Positions 12,840-26,794 of a DNA stretch of 64,000 nt are shown here, piece after piece. The first letter of the stretch is position 1. The number at the start of each line of letters is the position of its first letter. This stretch comes from Okamejei kenojei (Eukaryota). The stretch spans positions 20,646,001-20,710,000 of the forward strand of contig CM069143.1 in assembly GCA_035221665.1 (NCBI GenBank), in the 5' to 3' direction. The notes below the pieces were generated by a model that was not told the DNA's origin, did no database searches, and worked only from the letters and a program-made list of their open reading frames with translations. The translations under genes were made by a program, and so were the position numbers.

Positions 12840-14789
12840 TATGTATGTATGGTATCCTAAATGTTTATTGATGTGCATCTCCTAATATTAAAGATGCAAG
12901 GGACATAATTTTGTTGCTGGGTGTGGTGCACACATTTTCTTCCAAAGAAGGATCTGGAGCATGAAAGCCTACTTATAGCAATGGAATAAGCTCTGTCTGA
13001 GAAGATCATTCCTTACAGCAATAGTAGAAATCCTTCATTTAACTAAATTATCCCCTCTAATTTCTAGTCACTGGAACAGAAATAGGGTGCTTAGACCTTA
13101 AAGTGTATCTACTATTCATCCAACTAGTGTTTGCACTGCTATTCATCCAGATCATCATTGATCTGTAGCTTAACTACACTTGTCCACTAATCCAGTGGTT
13201 TTGTTTTGCTTAGATCACACGTGTAACATAGATCAATTAGTTTTGAAAGTTCCTGTTAAAATAACCCAGGCAATCATTTTTCCTGATTTCCATTTGCTTT
13301 TGCATGAAGAGCATGTCTTGACATCTACACTGAATGACCCACCTCTAAGTGTAATGTTGTCCCTTGTTCCCAATATTTTCACCAGAGGAAATAATTTATT
13401 TCAAGCTGCCCTAAGAAATTCATTTAGTCATCCACAGTACCCTGAGCTAGGTTGTTAAAATACTGAGCACTTCTCCAAGCAGAACATTCAAATGATATAA
13501 TACAAAACATCCTCTATTTATTTCACACTGCACTGAAAATTAAATAATCCACTGTCAAATTCCATCTAACAATAATTTGCAGATTCCACTCTCAAGTTTG
13601 AACGATTTTTAAGAGTTTAATCACATTGGTGTATAAACAGACATGTTTATTTCTCCCTGTTATTTTTTCAGAAGGCTGAAGGAGTCATTAAATGAGCTGT
13701 GTCGAGATAGATTTGGCAAGCTATCTTTTTACCTGGTGGTTGATAGAATTCATCGTTCAATCATACTTGATAAAAAAGCACAGTAATTTCAAACCAAGAT
13801 GACCATTTATTGTGATATGGCAAAGGTGTTAAAAACCATACGCTGAAACGGCTAAACGCTTCTTAATTGCTTTCATGTGGACATCCGTGACATCACTGCT
13901 TGAATACTAACAGCATCAACAGGAATGAGTGAATGTTAGAAGTAGCTGCAATGGGGCACCTCACACAGCAAGTGATGTCGACAGGGCTTCTCCCTTCACT
14001 ATTCACATTGCTTTAATTGTTTGCTGTAAATGTTTAGGTTTTGTTTTCAATTAGTAATGGCAAGCACTGTAAGTGCATTATTATTATTCCATCAGTCACT
14101 GGTCGCCTTCCTTTAAGCAAGATTTATATGTTAAAAATGATCAGCTTTGTTTCAAACAGGTTATGATCCTTTGTTTCCTGTCATTGTTGAGATGCCATAA
14201 GATCAGTCTGTGAGAAGCCGAGGAAACTCATCATCAAATGTACCATTACAGACAAGCAGAGCTGTCAATAAAGGGCTAAGGACTTGAAAGAGTGATCACA
14301 CATGTTCAAGAGGAAAATTTCATGAATTATGCATGCCCCTGAATGGGCAGCCAAAGCCTGGTCAATGCTATAACTTGCTAATGATGTTCTATCATTTCGG
14401 CCTGTTCCTTTACAATGGGAGAAGAAAAGCTGAGAATGTTAGCACTGATGATGTATTTAGAATGTTCTGTGTGTTCCACAATTACCTGGGATGAATTATG
14501 TTTTAAAATGAAGATTAAAATTTCCATTGCAAGTGCAATTGAACATCTTGCTTAATATAAACCAGTTATGTGGAAAATGTTGATGACACAAACTCACATT
14601 CAAAATGATTTAAATCCGCTCCAGCAAATGTTGCAGATTATTTTCTTTACATTGACTTAATGAGTTTGTAAAATATTAAAATAATTTGGATAGCAATATT
14701 CAGCACATGAGATTGGAATCTGGAGTTTTGTCAAATTGATGTACTTGGCTGCTCCTTGTGAGCCCTGGCATTATTTATCTGTTTCGCCT

Positions 14790-15150
14790 GTGGCTTAGTT
14801 GTGGCACTCCAACAGTTGGTTCAACTACCACTCCAGGGAGTTGTGCAGAAAATCTAAACTGACTCCACAGTGCAGTTCAGAGGGAGAGCTTCATTGCTAT
14901 TTTTGGCCTTAAATCGGAACACCCAGTTTCCTCCGAGGTGGAAACCCACAGCGCTAATGTAAAGATCAGCTGTTATTTTGTGTCAGAGCAATTATTTGTT
15001 CCTTGTCCAAAGTCAGTAAATAACTCTCTGGTCACTAGTGTCCATCTGTGGTTGCTCTGTGCAACAGTGACGCCACTTTGCAAGTATTAACTGTCAAATG
15101 CTTTCAGGCATCCTGCGTTTGTGTAGGTGGTAGGTAAATGTACGTACTTT
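14790..15150 (+). mobile_element. Ancient DeuSINE (SacSINE1/AmnSINE-like)
   Basis: gactccacagtgcagttcagagggagag...ctggtcac...aaatgctttcaggcatcctg...gtaaatgtacgtacttttt resembles the recalled Deu-domain SINE body and L2-type tail. Confidence 0.5.
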
Positions 15151-17511
15151 TTCTGCTCTATCGGAAAACAATTTTTTTTTTCAATTTCTAATATTTTTTA
15201 ATTTCTTGTTTAATGTCAACACCAATGCTCACCACATTGTGATGGCTATGGCCAGCAGCTCTGAAATAAATTGCCGGCGTTCAGGTGCTCTCTGTAAAAT
15301 GTGTCCTCAATTCAACACTGTACTGCATTAAGATCAATGGGAGCCGAGTGACAGATGTTAATATATCCATCTTGCTGCACCTTTACTAGACATCGTATGC
15401 AGTCCAGTGGCGGTATCTGTGTGTCGCACTGAGGAGTCTCCTCCTCGATCCCGAGCTAACCAGTCTTGCATTCCCCTCATTCTGATACTGACTCAATTCC
15501 TGACCCAGAGAACAGCTGTTTACCATGTTACGATTTTATATTATTTTTAAGGATTTTACCTATTGCATTAACTCCTTCGAAATTTGGCTCTGTTTAATTA
15601 TTGAAAGCAATTTTATTGGTTTTAAATGGTTCTGTATGCAAGCTAATTTTAAAAACTCTTCCAGAACCTCACAGGCTATGACAGAAGTTGAGGGTCTGCT
15701 AAGATTATTTATGCCTTTCTGCTGTTCTCATACATACAGTATTTGCAGGATGCACGGTCATATGTACAGGATGCACGGTCATGGGAAGAGCAGGTCTATG
15801 AGTCTGCCCGCAGGCTAAATTATACCGTTTGGTTCATTAGACCTGTCTACAGTACTGTGACAATTTTTTTTTTCATTTTGTACAGTGGGTTGCTTGTTCC
15901 TGTTTTAAAATCCTTCAGATACTTTGCACATCTTTCATTCTAATTGTGCGGCGCTTGTAAGACAAGATGGATGGGTTAACTTTTAATTTTTCGGCATTGC
16001 GGAAAATATAGTTACTGGTAATTAATCAGATACAAATTCTGACATAGATAGTATGTCAAACCTATCAGCATATAGCCTGTGGTACTGTGGTAAGATATTA
16101 TGGAAAAAAGTATTTTCAAATTAGAAGTGAATCGCAATTTTACTTCGGAGTCACGTGAATGATTCCGTGAAGAAGCCCCGCCAGAGTGCCTGCGCATCAT
16201 TACGTCTGACGCGTTTGGCGCACTGACAGGCTGGAGAGCGCAGCTCCACCAGCGGTAAGTAAAACACCGCAGGTAAGTATTTTAAACTTGCGGCAGTTTA
16301 CTAGGTCCCGTAAGGCTGGTTACAGGAGCCAGCAGGGACACTTCGAAAGGAAGAAAAAAATATTAAACAGTGAAAATGAGTCGAGTGTGTCGCCAATAAA
16401 GCAAAACTTACCCGGGCTGCGGTCAGTGGGTGTACGCCGGCTTTGAGACGCTAACTTCAGAGCCGCCGACAGTTCAGCCAGCGGCAGCAACTCCGGTACT
16501 TTAGAGCATTGTGGCCACTCCTGTCGGGAGGCAGGCCAAAATTGTCCAGGCCTGTCAACTCATCTGAGTGAGGCCAGAAAGACTTTCCCCCTTCCAAAAA
16601 TAAAGGTTGGGGACATTTGGACAATGTGGAACACCTCATAGATAAAATGCTCAACCAGGAGGTGTTCCAGCCAGGGTTTTATACCCCAGGGTTCCCAGCA
16701 GTTTTTAGCAACCTCTAGCAGAGGTCTGTATAGCAAAAGAGCTGCACACGTATGAAGGATAATATGCCTATGAGTCTGCATGTGGACCCATAACAGTAGC
16801 GCTTTTTTAAGGGCTGCATGATACCTTCCGTGAGCATGGGCCGGGAGAGATGGGGCAGTATGAATCTGACCCTGAAGTTTGGTGTCACTGCTTATATACA
16901 TACACCGAAGCACATGAGCTATGCTCCAGGTGTGCCGGATGTGACCAGCAAATGTGCCATACCGGCGGGAGCTGGTGAAGTCATGGATGACAATCTGGCC
17001 AGCAATTTAATTATATGGCAACTCACCAGCTTCAGGACTCCGTAATGGAGGAAACTTCAAAACAAGAGATATCTCCTCAAAATATCAGATGCCTGTTATC
17101 TGTGCATCGCTCTAAAGGGGCGCTTCATTAGGGAGCATGAGTTAAGGCTTCAAAAAGTCCTAAAAACTGGTTGGAGCAGGAATAATGGCGTTTGGGCAAA
17201 TGGTACAAGGGCACCACTATCAAAACACAGCAGGATATGGACCCTGCTGTGTAATGCCTATTTTTAACATTAATTATTCACAAAATAGCCATCAAGCCTA
17301 CGCTCAACCCATTGTTCACAGCCTTGCGCAGATCCTCTAATATCCAGGAAAAGACCTGGACGATGAGGCAAAAACAATCGGCCTCATCAAAACTCATCCC
17401 GAGACCAGGATGCCGCCTCAAAAACCATACCCTTTCAGAACGGGAAGGTGTAATTGAACTAGAGATGATGGTGCAGGTCAAGTACCAAGCTGGGCGACCT
17501 CAGCTACACGT

Positions 17512-17597
17512 ATCGCTCTTCGGGGTTTTTGGCTAAGATCAAGTGCATCATCTGTGCTTATCAGTTTAATATCTGATATGTCCCTTACTTAGGGACC
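17512..17597 (+). pseudogene. RNU2: U2 snRNA 5' fragment (~86 nt) inserted in DIRS copy 2
   Basis: ATCGCTCTTCGGGGTTTTTGGCTAAGATCAAGTGCATCATCTGTGCTTATCAGTTTAATATCTGATATGTCCCTTACTTAGGGACC matches the U2 5' end (stems I, IIa, IIb). The branch-recognition GTAGTA is mutated to GCATCA and there is no Sm site. Confidence 0.92.
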
Positions 17598-18982
17598 AAA
17601 ACATTGGCATGCTCTAAATGCACACCCCAAACAGGGCCAGGAGACTGAGGAATCCAGCAACCATGAAGTCCAGGATATATCCTCTAGAGGTCAGTCACCT
17701 GTCAGGGGTAGGTTGCAATTATTCTATGATACATGGTGCTGCATAACATCATATCTATTCATACTGGACTGTATCCGGTGGACTGGAATGGGGTTTATCT
17801 CGGAAGTACATCCACCCATACAAAGTACACCTAGTCGGGTATTGGGTTTTCAATACTAGAAACTCAACAGGTGAATGATGAAATTGGAATATTATTCCAA
17901 AAAAGGGATAATGGAAAGGACGGCATATCAGCCTCAACAATTTGTGTCCATTATTCCCCAGGCAAAAGAACGATGGTGGGTGTCGAGTCATTCTGGACCT
18001 AACCAGACTTCGACTCTTAGGTCCAGTATAAACATTTTTAAAACTGGAACTTTCAGTACTGCTAAGCAACTGGTATCAAAAGGGTGTTATATGGCAACCA
18101 TAGATCTGAAAGATGCATATTATTCAGTACCTATACCGTAGATACTTGAAATTTAGTTGGATGTGACAGCTGCAGCAATTTAAAGTTTTGCTCAATGGGT
18201 TAACCTCAGCCCTAGGTTATTTACAAAATTGTTGAAACCAGTATCAGGGTTACTCCGCGCTCAGAGTTGCATTGTAATGGCATACTTGGATGATGTTTCT
18301 GATCATAGGTAAACTCAGGAAGCAGCTGAGGAATTGTGTTCAGTTACCAAACCTGTTTGAGAGATTAGGTTCCTCACCCATCTAATTAAATCCAAATTAG
18401 TACCATCTAGAATGATTGGCTATTTGGGGTTCATCATTGATTTAACTAACATGTCAGTTACTTTGCCTATGGCCAAAACTGTAAAATATGAAGGCCTGTA
18501 GGAATCTGGATGATGAACAACAACCCTCCATCCGATGAGTAACCAGTGATATTGGTAAATTACTGGCGGGTTTTCCTTGCAGTACAGTTCGGACCTCTGC
18601 ACTATCAGAATGTGCAATGAGCTAAACAACAAGCACTAAAAGAACATGCAGGTCATTTCAATAGACCAATGCAGTTGTCAGCCGAAGCTATCGTCAAGTT
18701 GCGGTGGTGGATAACTAATGTCTCATGATGTACTAGAGACATTCTGACTCAATAACCTTCAGTTTACAAACTGATGTGAGTGCTTCGGGGTGGGGAGCCA
18801 GTGATACCAAGTCTAGTTGCGGCGGCAGATGGAATGTGGAAGGGGCATTAATCCTGCAGAGGCATGGGGTAAATTACGTAGAATTGCTGGGTGCATTCTA
18901 TGGCCTAAAAGCATTCTGCTCAACAATGCATGATTTGCATGTGCAGCTTCAGATTGACAAAACCACAGCTGTTGCATATCAA

Positions 18983-19563
18983 TGTTAGGTACTTCCCCCC
19001 CCCCCCCCCTCTGGTGAATGCTATGTACTTAACTCTTGTGTTTCTCTCCTGAGTGCAGGCCCCGTGGCTGGGAGTCAGGAATCAAGGGGTTAAGGGCTCC
19101 TGTACCCGATTGGCCAAGCTGCGTCAGGTGACGGTGACTCATCGGAAGCTTAAATACCAGAATCTCCCAGAATTCTCTCTCTCTTCGTCGACCCTGGCTC
19201 GGGAGCAGGTTGCTGGTGTGAGTTGCAGGAGGCCTGGCCACATGGCATAGAACTTTGTGTATTATTAGCTACATTTGTCAAGTAATATTGAATTGGGACA
19301 GATAAGGGCTGACCTGAGGATTTTTGTGTATTTTGTTTCAGGGTTATTTCCATTTAGGCAGGTTAGAGACTCTAGTTCGACGGCCCATTGCGAGGCTGGC
19401 TGGAGCACTGTTATCTTTGTTTATTAGTTTATTCTTGTCCTTGTCTGGGTTGTTTGAATCAGGTTTGAGTATTAATTAAATAAAAGACTATTTTCTTGAA
19501 CTTGAGCCTGGTTTTTGACTATGTTACGCAGCTCTGAAGTTCCTGCATTCGGGAGTCGTAACA
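18983..19563 (+). mobile_element. Solo LTR (581 bp) inserted in DIRS copy 2 RNase H
   Basis: TGTTA...TAACA termini, a perfect 5-bp TSD ATCAA on both sides and AATAAA near 19480. Removing it restores AYINHMGG. Confidence 0.92.
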
Positions 19564-22159
19564 ATCAATCACATGGGTGGAATTAGGTCATTATTATGTG
19601 ACAATCTGGCTAACCTCATCTGGCACTGGTGCATTACGAGAAACATCTAGTTCTCAGATATCTACCTACCAGGTAGAGATAACTTGGAAGTGGAAAACAC
19701 CAGGTCACGTAAATTCAATGACAACGCAGAAGGGATGCTGAATCCAAAAGTTTCAAAATGATTATCAGCTGGTATGGATAGCCAGGCATAGATCTGTTGC
19801 ATCCAGGTCAAATCACCAGTCACCTAAATACGTCTCATGGGAACTGGATCCAGGGGCAGTAGCGGTGGATGTATTCTCGCTACATTGGAGACGTACGTTC
19901 TTGCGCTTTTCCCCCATTCTGCCTCATCAGTGAATGTCTCACCAAAATAGAGCACGACTACGCTTTAGCCTTTTGGTAGTTCCTAACTGGTCCACACAGC
20001 CATGGTTCCCATTGGTTCTGAGACTGATGACACAGCCATTCATGACTATCCCCAAATGCAGCAACTTATTGATTCACCCTGGGACAAGAGAGAGTCACCA
20101 TTTACATGATTGTATTAATCTGTTGATTTGTATCTTCTGACCAGACTGTTCCAGGGACTCAGACTATCGAGTATGACCGTGGATGTGATTACGGTGGCCT
20201 GGCGAGATAGTACTAAAACACGATATATATCTCATATTAAGAAATGGCAGATGTTCTGTTTATAGTCAAATATATCTTATCATACTGCAGGCATACCTTG
20301 GGGTTCCTTGCTACATTCCATTTTGACGAGCAGTTAAGCAATAGTGCCATTAATAGTGCTCGAAGTGCTTTGTCCTCCTATTTCGGGCAAGGGTCCGGCC
20401 AACACTGTCGGATCTCATCTATTGGTGGCCCGATTCATGAGAGGTATTTTAACAAAAACCCTCCCAGACCTAGATATACGGAAATCTGGGATGTGAGCAT
20501 CATTCTCACACTGCTTCGGCAATGGGCGCCAATTACATATCTGCCTTTCCAGAAGTTAACGCTCAAAGTGGTCATGCTCATGGTGCTAGTGTCAGCGCAA
20601 TGGGTCCAGATATTGCAAAAGTTACAACTGGACAGCATGCATTCTTTTGTAGATAATATTACGTTTTATGCACATGATCTAATCAAACAAAGCAGGCCAG
20701 GGATGGCTGGAACCAAAATAAGCTTAAACTATACCCCATTGACCAGAGACTATGTGTAGTTATGCACCTGAGTCAATATATTAAGGTCATCAAGAGTCTC
20801 AGAGGCTCTGAAACAGCGATGCTCATCAGCCACAAAAAAACCTCATACAAAGGTGTCAGTACAAACTATTTCTAGATGGCCGAAACAGGTTTGTATTATG
20901 CTAGAGTAGACACTGATGTGTGTAAATCTCACTCCACCAGGGCGGCATCAACGTACGCAGCAAAGGCGCAGGACGTGCCTTTAGACCAAATCCTCGCCGC
21001 AGGATGGTCCAGTGAAGGAACCTTTTTCACCATTTATGATAAACCTGTCCTCGCAATGGAAGGATTTGGGCATGCTGTTTGGGTTCTGTTTGAGTTCTCC
21101 TTTGCAATTTCCCCTGCGAAAGAGGGGTTATTACCGTTATTTTATTGTTTAAGATGCTCATTGTATAGTTTAAACAATGTTCAATACATTATTTGTTTAT
21201 CCTGTGTCAACCGAAGCAGTGTGTCGTATGCAACTGGATCTACGGCATGAAATCACAGAGCTTTGAAATCTTCACGGAATTACTCACGTGACTCCGAAGT
21301 GAAATAGTAAGATTAAACGAGAACTTACCAGTTTGAAGTTTGATCTTTATTTTATGAGGAGTTACGATGAGGGATTACGTGCCCTCCGCTCCCGGCCCTC
21401 ATAATCGCAAAGATCATCTGGTAGTTCTAGTCTTCTGAGTCTTACTATATCACTTTGACTGTAGTTACTTTGATTTCATGCCACTGCTTTGAAGATTGAC
21501 GCGCAGGTGCTCTGGCGGGGCTTCTTCACGTAATCCCTCATCGTAACTCCTCATAAAATAAAGATCAAACTTCAAACTGGTAAGTTCTCGTTTAATCTTA
21601 CTATTAATTCTCAAGAAAAGTAAGTAGATTCAGCAGATCAAGACTATCTATTTTTGCATGTATTTACACATGCTTTCTCACTCTAATGTGATAAGAGTGT
21701 GGACATCAGAACATTGATTGCCCACAAAAAGAGAAGACTACACCATTCATACAAATTCTGTCAGGTTGTAAATTTAACTTCTCTTTTGCCAACTCTATTC
21801 AGGCCAAACGCCTCTCCTTCACTACATCAATGCCATGGTCTCCTTCCAATTCCTAAATAAACATTAATTCCCTCCTTTAGTCCCTACCCCCACTCATTCC
21901 ACCATCATGTCATTTTGAGAAAGGCAGCTAAAGTATGGGACTACTCTTTGCAGAGAACGATGCAAACAATTATTTATAGATCCGAATTTCCTGACAAAAA
22001 GGGAACAGCATGAACAGAATACCATTAAGTTTCAAACAGACCTATTCATATTCCCTGGAAGAGATGATTTCTGCTTAAAAAACACAACAGATCACTTGAC
22101 TATCAGATTTGTTCCTTAGAGATCAAAGCTAGCTATAGCACTTCCACGTTGCCCGAAAT

Positions 22160-23720
22160 GCATTGTACAAAATTCCTGTTAGAGTGAAGGGCAAGGCTGG
22201 CAACATTAGGGAACTATTATTGACATTGGATGTTAAGGGTCAAGTCAGGAAGGAGATATTGTCAGTAAAATCCAGCTTGGATAAAGCAACTTCCTTCAGA
22301 AGTATAAGGGATGTAGGAGTATACTCAACAAGGAAATTGGGAGATTTCCTTGATAAATAGGGTAAAGGGGAAATCTTCAAAATGTATATTAAACCAGAAA
22401 AATAGCTTGGGTGAGAATAGGTCTCCTTAAGGGTTAGTGGGGTTGGGTTGAAACCACATGGCCTTAAGTGAGGCCTAAATGAATACTTCATGCCTATATT
22501 TACTGTGGAAAAGCCATTGAGTTAAGGGGAGGAGTCAGTAACATCTTGGTGCATATCAACATTACAAGGGTGGAGAGCTTTGAGGTCTTGAAAAGCATTT
22601 GGGTGGATAAATCCATGGGGCCTGACCAGCTTTAACCAAGGGTGTTGTCAGAAGCAAAGGCGGGAGAATGCTGGAGCTTTGGCAGTGATTTGTGTATCTT
22701 TTTTTAACCACGGGTGAGGCACCAGAAGATTGGAGCATAACCAATGTAGTGCCTTTATTTAAGAAGGGAGGATGGACATGTCAGGAATCTGCAGGCAGGT
22801 CAATGGTGCAAATGTTATTGGATCTTACATTATGGATCTGTGCAGTCCATTGTTGTTTCTCAGCTACAAAACATTGGTTAGGCTACACTTGGGGAACTGT
22901 ATGTGTTTTTGGTTGCCATACCACAGGAAGAATGTAGTTAAGCTGCTGAGAGTGCTCAATAGATCTGTAAGGATGTTACCTAGAAATAGAGGGGTTGAGT
23001 TATCAGGAAAGATTTGATAGATTGGGTCTGTTTTTTCCTGGAGTGAAGGAAACTGAGAGAAGACCTCACAGAAGTATATCAATTTATAGGAGACATAGAT
23101 ATGGTGGAAATCCAGAGTCTGTTTCCCAAAGCAGGAGTGTCTGAAACTAAAGGGCTTTAGGTTAAAGGTGCAAGGAAGAAGATTTAAAGGTTATCTGAAG
23201 GGCATATTTTATAGAAGTGACATTGGTACCTGGAAAGAGCTAACAGAGGAGGTTTAGTTTAGTTTTGATATACAGTGTGGAAACAGACCCTCAGCACACC
23301 CAGTCTACACTGACCAGCGATCACTGATTCATACAGGTTCTATCCTACACACTAGGGAAAATGTAAATAAAACGATTAATCTACAAACTTACACATATTT
23401 GGAATGTGGGAGGAAACTTGAGTACCCGGAGAAATCCCGCATAGTCACAGGGAGAACATACAAACTCCATACAGACAGCAACCGAGGTCGGGATCAAACC
23501 CGGGTCTCTGGCACTGTAAGCCAACAACTCTCACGCTGTGAGACTGTGCCGGTGGTGGATGCAGGAACTGTAACAACATTTACAGGTAAGTGGCATCTTG
23601 ACAGCTAATTGAACAAGCATAGAGGGACATGGAATGAATGCAGGCAAGTGAAATTTATGTGGATAGACACAAGGGTCAACATACAGTAGATATGGTGGAC
23701 TGTACAATCCTATGACTGAC
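22160..23720 (+). mobile_element. Decayed, internally deleted CR1 LINE split by a SINE
   Basis: EDWSITNVVPLFKKG and YKTLVRLHL..FWLPYHRK motifs, with a CR1 3' tail near 23600-23720. Confidence 0.8.
23252..23550 (-). mobile_element. HE1/V-SINE
   Basis: On the minus strand: tRNA-like head (ggcacagtctcacagc...ccgggtttgatccc), V-domain and (TAAAC)n tail. Inserted into CR1. Confidence 0.85.
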
Positions 23721-24371
23721 TAAAAGGCTCCTTGTGTAATGAAACAAAGGGTTTTCTGATTAATATTTAAGACTGTGTGTGTCTAATCAGAAGCAGTATT
23801 GTAATATACCATTGAATACTCCAAAAATAGTAGGGCCATTTCTGGATCAATATAATGGATTAAAATACATTTTCGTCATTTGTTTTGAGATCAGTCTAAA
23901 TTGAAAAATGCCCTGTTCATTTACGTATTGACCGTAAAACAGATAATAGAAAATAATGATTCATGTTCAATGGGCAGATATGAATACTTCGAAAATGGAA
24001 AAGACTTGAATAAAAGACTGAAAAAATAACCCTTATGTTTAACTCATGTTTTATGTTTTACTATGTGTAACCTGTTACATTTCAGAGCAAAACGATGCTT
24101 TTTTAAAAATTCGGAGAGTTATTAAATGCAGCTCATGACTAGTATAAAGGGACTGACATTCAAATTGCAAAATCCTGTGGCGTTCTAAGGACGTTTCTTG
24201 TAAATGGAAATTATCTAAAGTAAGAGACACTCAAAGAAGATATGCATTTGCTAACCTACCCAAGGTATTTCATTTGTGCAAAACAAACATTTCCCATTTG
24301 TGGTGGGATTAATGACAGAACATATATCTATTTTGAGAAATTTGCTAGGCACATGTTACCAATGTAAAATT

Positions 24372-24557
24372 TTAGTCGTGAGACTTCATTTATTCTGTAC
24401 TTTCCCATATTGCAGCTTTATAAGACAAGAGACGGTGCTTAATTGTCTTATACACACGGAACTGAACTTCCGGGTGTATATGACAATTAAGCACCGTCTC
24501 TTGTCTTAAAAAGCTGCAATATGGGAAAGTACAGAATAAATGAAGTCTCACGACTAA
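24372..24557. mobile_element. 186-bp near-perfect fold-back MITE with AATT target duplication
   Basis: TTAGTCGTGAGACTTC...GAAGTCTCACGACTAA, with ~88-bp arms carrying few mismatches. AATT flanks both sides and the element interrupts a LINE-tail motif aatg-aaattcttacttgctgcagc. Confidence 0.85.
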
Positions 24558-25507
24558 AATTCTTACTTGCTGCAGCTTTACAGGCATATTAACACAGCAC
24601 CAGCTTACGTATGCCAGGCAACAATCCTGAATTTTATGTCATTGATAGAATTGGGAAATTTCTCAGCAAAAGCCGGCGATAATTCTTTTAGGAGTCGGCT
24701 TTAACGCATATAGTTCTGGATGGCTAGCTAAGCAAATTGTAAACTAACAAATTCCATTTTATGAGAACACAATGATGCAAATAATGGATTTCTGGTTTTA
24801 CATTTATTTTAGGTATAATGAGTTAAATTATGATTTTTAAAAAAATGTTGAATTATATCTAATAAATTCAAAGAAATATATTAAATATAAAATAATGGAA
24901 ATTCGCTTAAACCATTGTAAAATGAATGCTCATATTCCTAGAATGGGAAAGCTAAATATAAGAATAAAACATTCTTACAATATCATAGCAATAAACAGGA
25001 GCAGATTTTACAGTCAGCAATGAGCGGTCAGCCCGTAGTGAATTTTATAAAAGTAATACAATGTATAAAATAGAAAATGTTGGGAATACTCGAAAGGTCT
25101 GGCAACATCTATGGAATTAGAAACTGAATTACTGTTTCAGATAAACAACCATTCATTGGATCCAGGAAACGTTAGGGAGCAACATTGTTTAAAGATCCAA
25201 AGAAGAACGGGTGAAAATAATCGAGTAGAGTAGAGAACAAGAGTGAATGTCACCAGTAATGGTGGTGCTGGCTAAGGGAGGCACAAGGCTTCTTAATCAC
25301 AGGGAATCTGTCTGGAGCAGGTGGAAATAAATGAGAACAGGAGAGAGAAATAGGAAACAATAAAAACATGATAAAAAAGTGTAGTTACTGTAAATCTGAA
25401 ATGTGGGACAATACTGGAAATAATCAAAAAGCAGCTTCCAATTGAGAGAGAAAATTTGTAACAGAATTACTGTTACAAATGGATAACCTTCCATCCAAAT
25501 TGTTTAA

Positions 25508-25632
25508 GAAAGAACTGCAAATGCTAGAAAAATTGAAGGTAGACAAAAATGCTGGAGAAACTCAGCGGGTGAGCAGCATCTACGGAGTGAAGGAATAGGT
25601 GACGTTTTGGGTCGAGACCCTTCTGCAGACTG
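25508..25632. mobile_element. Penelope-derived short repeat
   Basis: GAACTGCAAATGCTAG...GCTGGAGAAACTCAGCGGGT...GTGACGTTTTGGGTCGAGACCCTTCTGCAGACT. Confidence 0.6.
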
Positions 25633-25804
25633 CAGCTGTCAAGGGGCGATTCTGGACTTTGCTGGAGTGTTGAAAGAAGTTAACTCGGTTTACCTCTTTG
25701 TAGGTGTGGCTGGCCTGCTGAGCATTGGAAGCTTTTATTGGTTTTAATTCAGATTTCGAGTACCTGCAGTTTGTTTACCAAAATATAACATGATATATAA
25801 CAAT

Positions 25805-25950
25805 ATACGAAAGGCATTTGGACAGGCTACTTTGATAGGAAAGGTTTAGAGGGATATGGGCTAAACGTGGACAGGTGAGACTAGTGTAGATGGAACATAT
25901 TGGTTGGCATGGGCAAGTTGGACCGATGGGCTGTATGAGCTATGATCTTA
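25805..25950 (+). mobile_element. CR1 LINE 3' tail
   Basis: aaggcatttggacagg...aaggtttagagggatatggg...ggcatgggcaagttggacc. The same tail occurs at ~45730 and ~62140. Confidence 0.7.
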
Positions 25951-26794
25951 CCTTTCACAATCTACCCATTGGCAACTTGCAGAACTGAAGGGAGGATTCT
26001 CCAGGGTGATGCATTTCTGACAATGTAAAGGACCATGTGTGGTGGCCAAACCTATTTCCACACACAAACTAAGAAAGCAATGACCACCAGTTAAGCCATG
26101 CCCTCAGACTGAGCTGCATTGTCAGCTTAAGTCTCCAAAAACATCTTGTATGGGTCTGGATGTAACTAGCAAAATTGTCATTCTTGAAAATCTATCTGAT
26201 TTGTTTGTATGCCAGATGCTCTTATGAAAAATCAGAATTTGCAATTTTCTTGTGATGTTATCCGGTAGCTCTCAAATTTCCTCCTTTATTGACGCAAGGA
26301 TACATGCCACATAGTCATGGATTTAATAGTCTTAGGAGTTCTGTCACATTACTGCAAAATGAGCAATATTACATATTCAGCACACGGAACTGCAAATGTT
26401 TCAGACAAATACAATAAATTAAAGCAAAACCTGAAAAATCATTAAAATTCTTCCACTCATTTTAAAATACTGTTACACAATAAAATACTCAATCCATTAG
26501 TGTAAAATCAAACTCATGGAAAGGTTTCAAAGAGTATTTTTAAATGAATACCTTAACTGAAAGACCTTTTAAATACCAAACACTAGCCTGTGGCTCTCAC
26601 AACTGTTCCCTTCCATCAAGATCAACCTGTGTGTACCTACTCCCTGGTTCATCTTGATGTATAAGTTGGATCATTAACTAATATTTCTGTTTTCTTATTG
26701 AACTCCCTTCTGAGTCTAGCACTGGAGCACAGTTTACTGCAAATCACTATTGTTAACTTTTGGAGTTACATATTTGTAAGAAATTGATATATCA

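Larger units (their letters stand above)
16137..21605 (+). mobile_element. DIRS retrotransposon copy 2 (subfamily B), defective, with nested U2 fragment and solo LTR
   Basis: ATT-TTACTTCGG left end, CTTACT-ATT right end, ICR ~21269-21381. RT (IDLKDAYYS, YLDD), RNase H, MT-like and YR (HSTR, AGW) fragments all carry frameshifts. Confidence 0.95.

Noticed and set aside
15746-15783. Small tandem duplications (also 58290-58330)
   Set aside because: Ordinary 20-21-bp slippage duplications with no further structure.
17512-17597. Functional U2 gene or a U2-targeting Keno/Utopia insertion
   Set aside because: It is truncated before the Sm site, the branch-recognition sequence is mutated, and no adjacent non-LTR element or snRNA promoter is evident.
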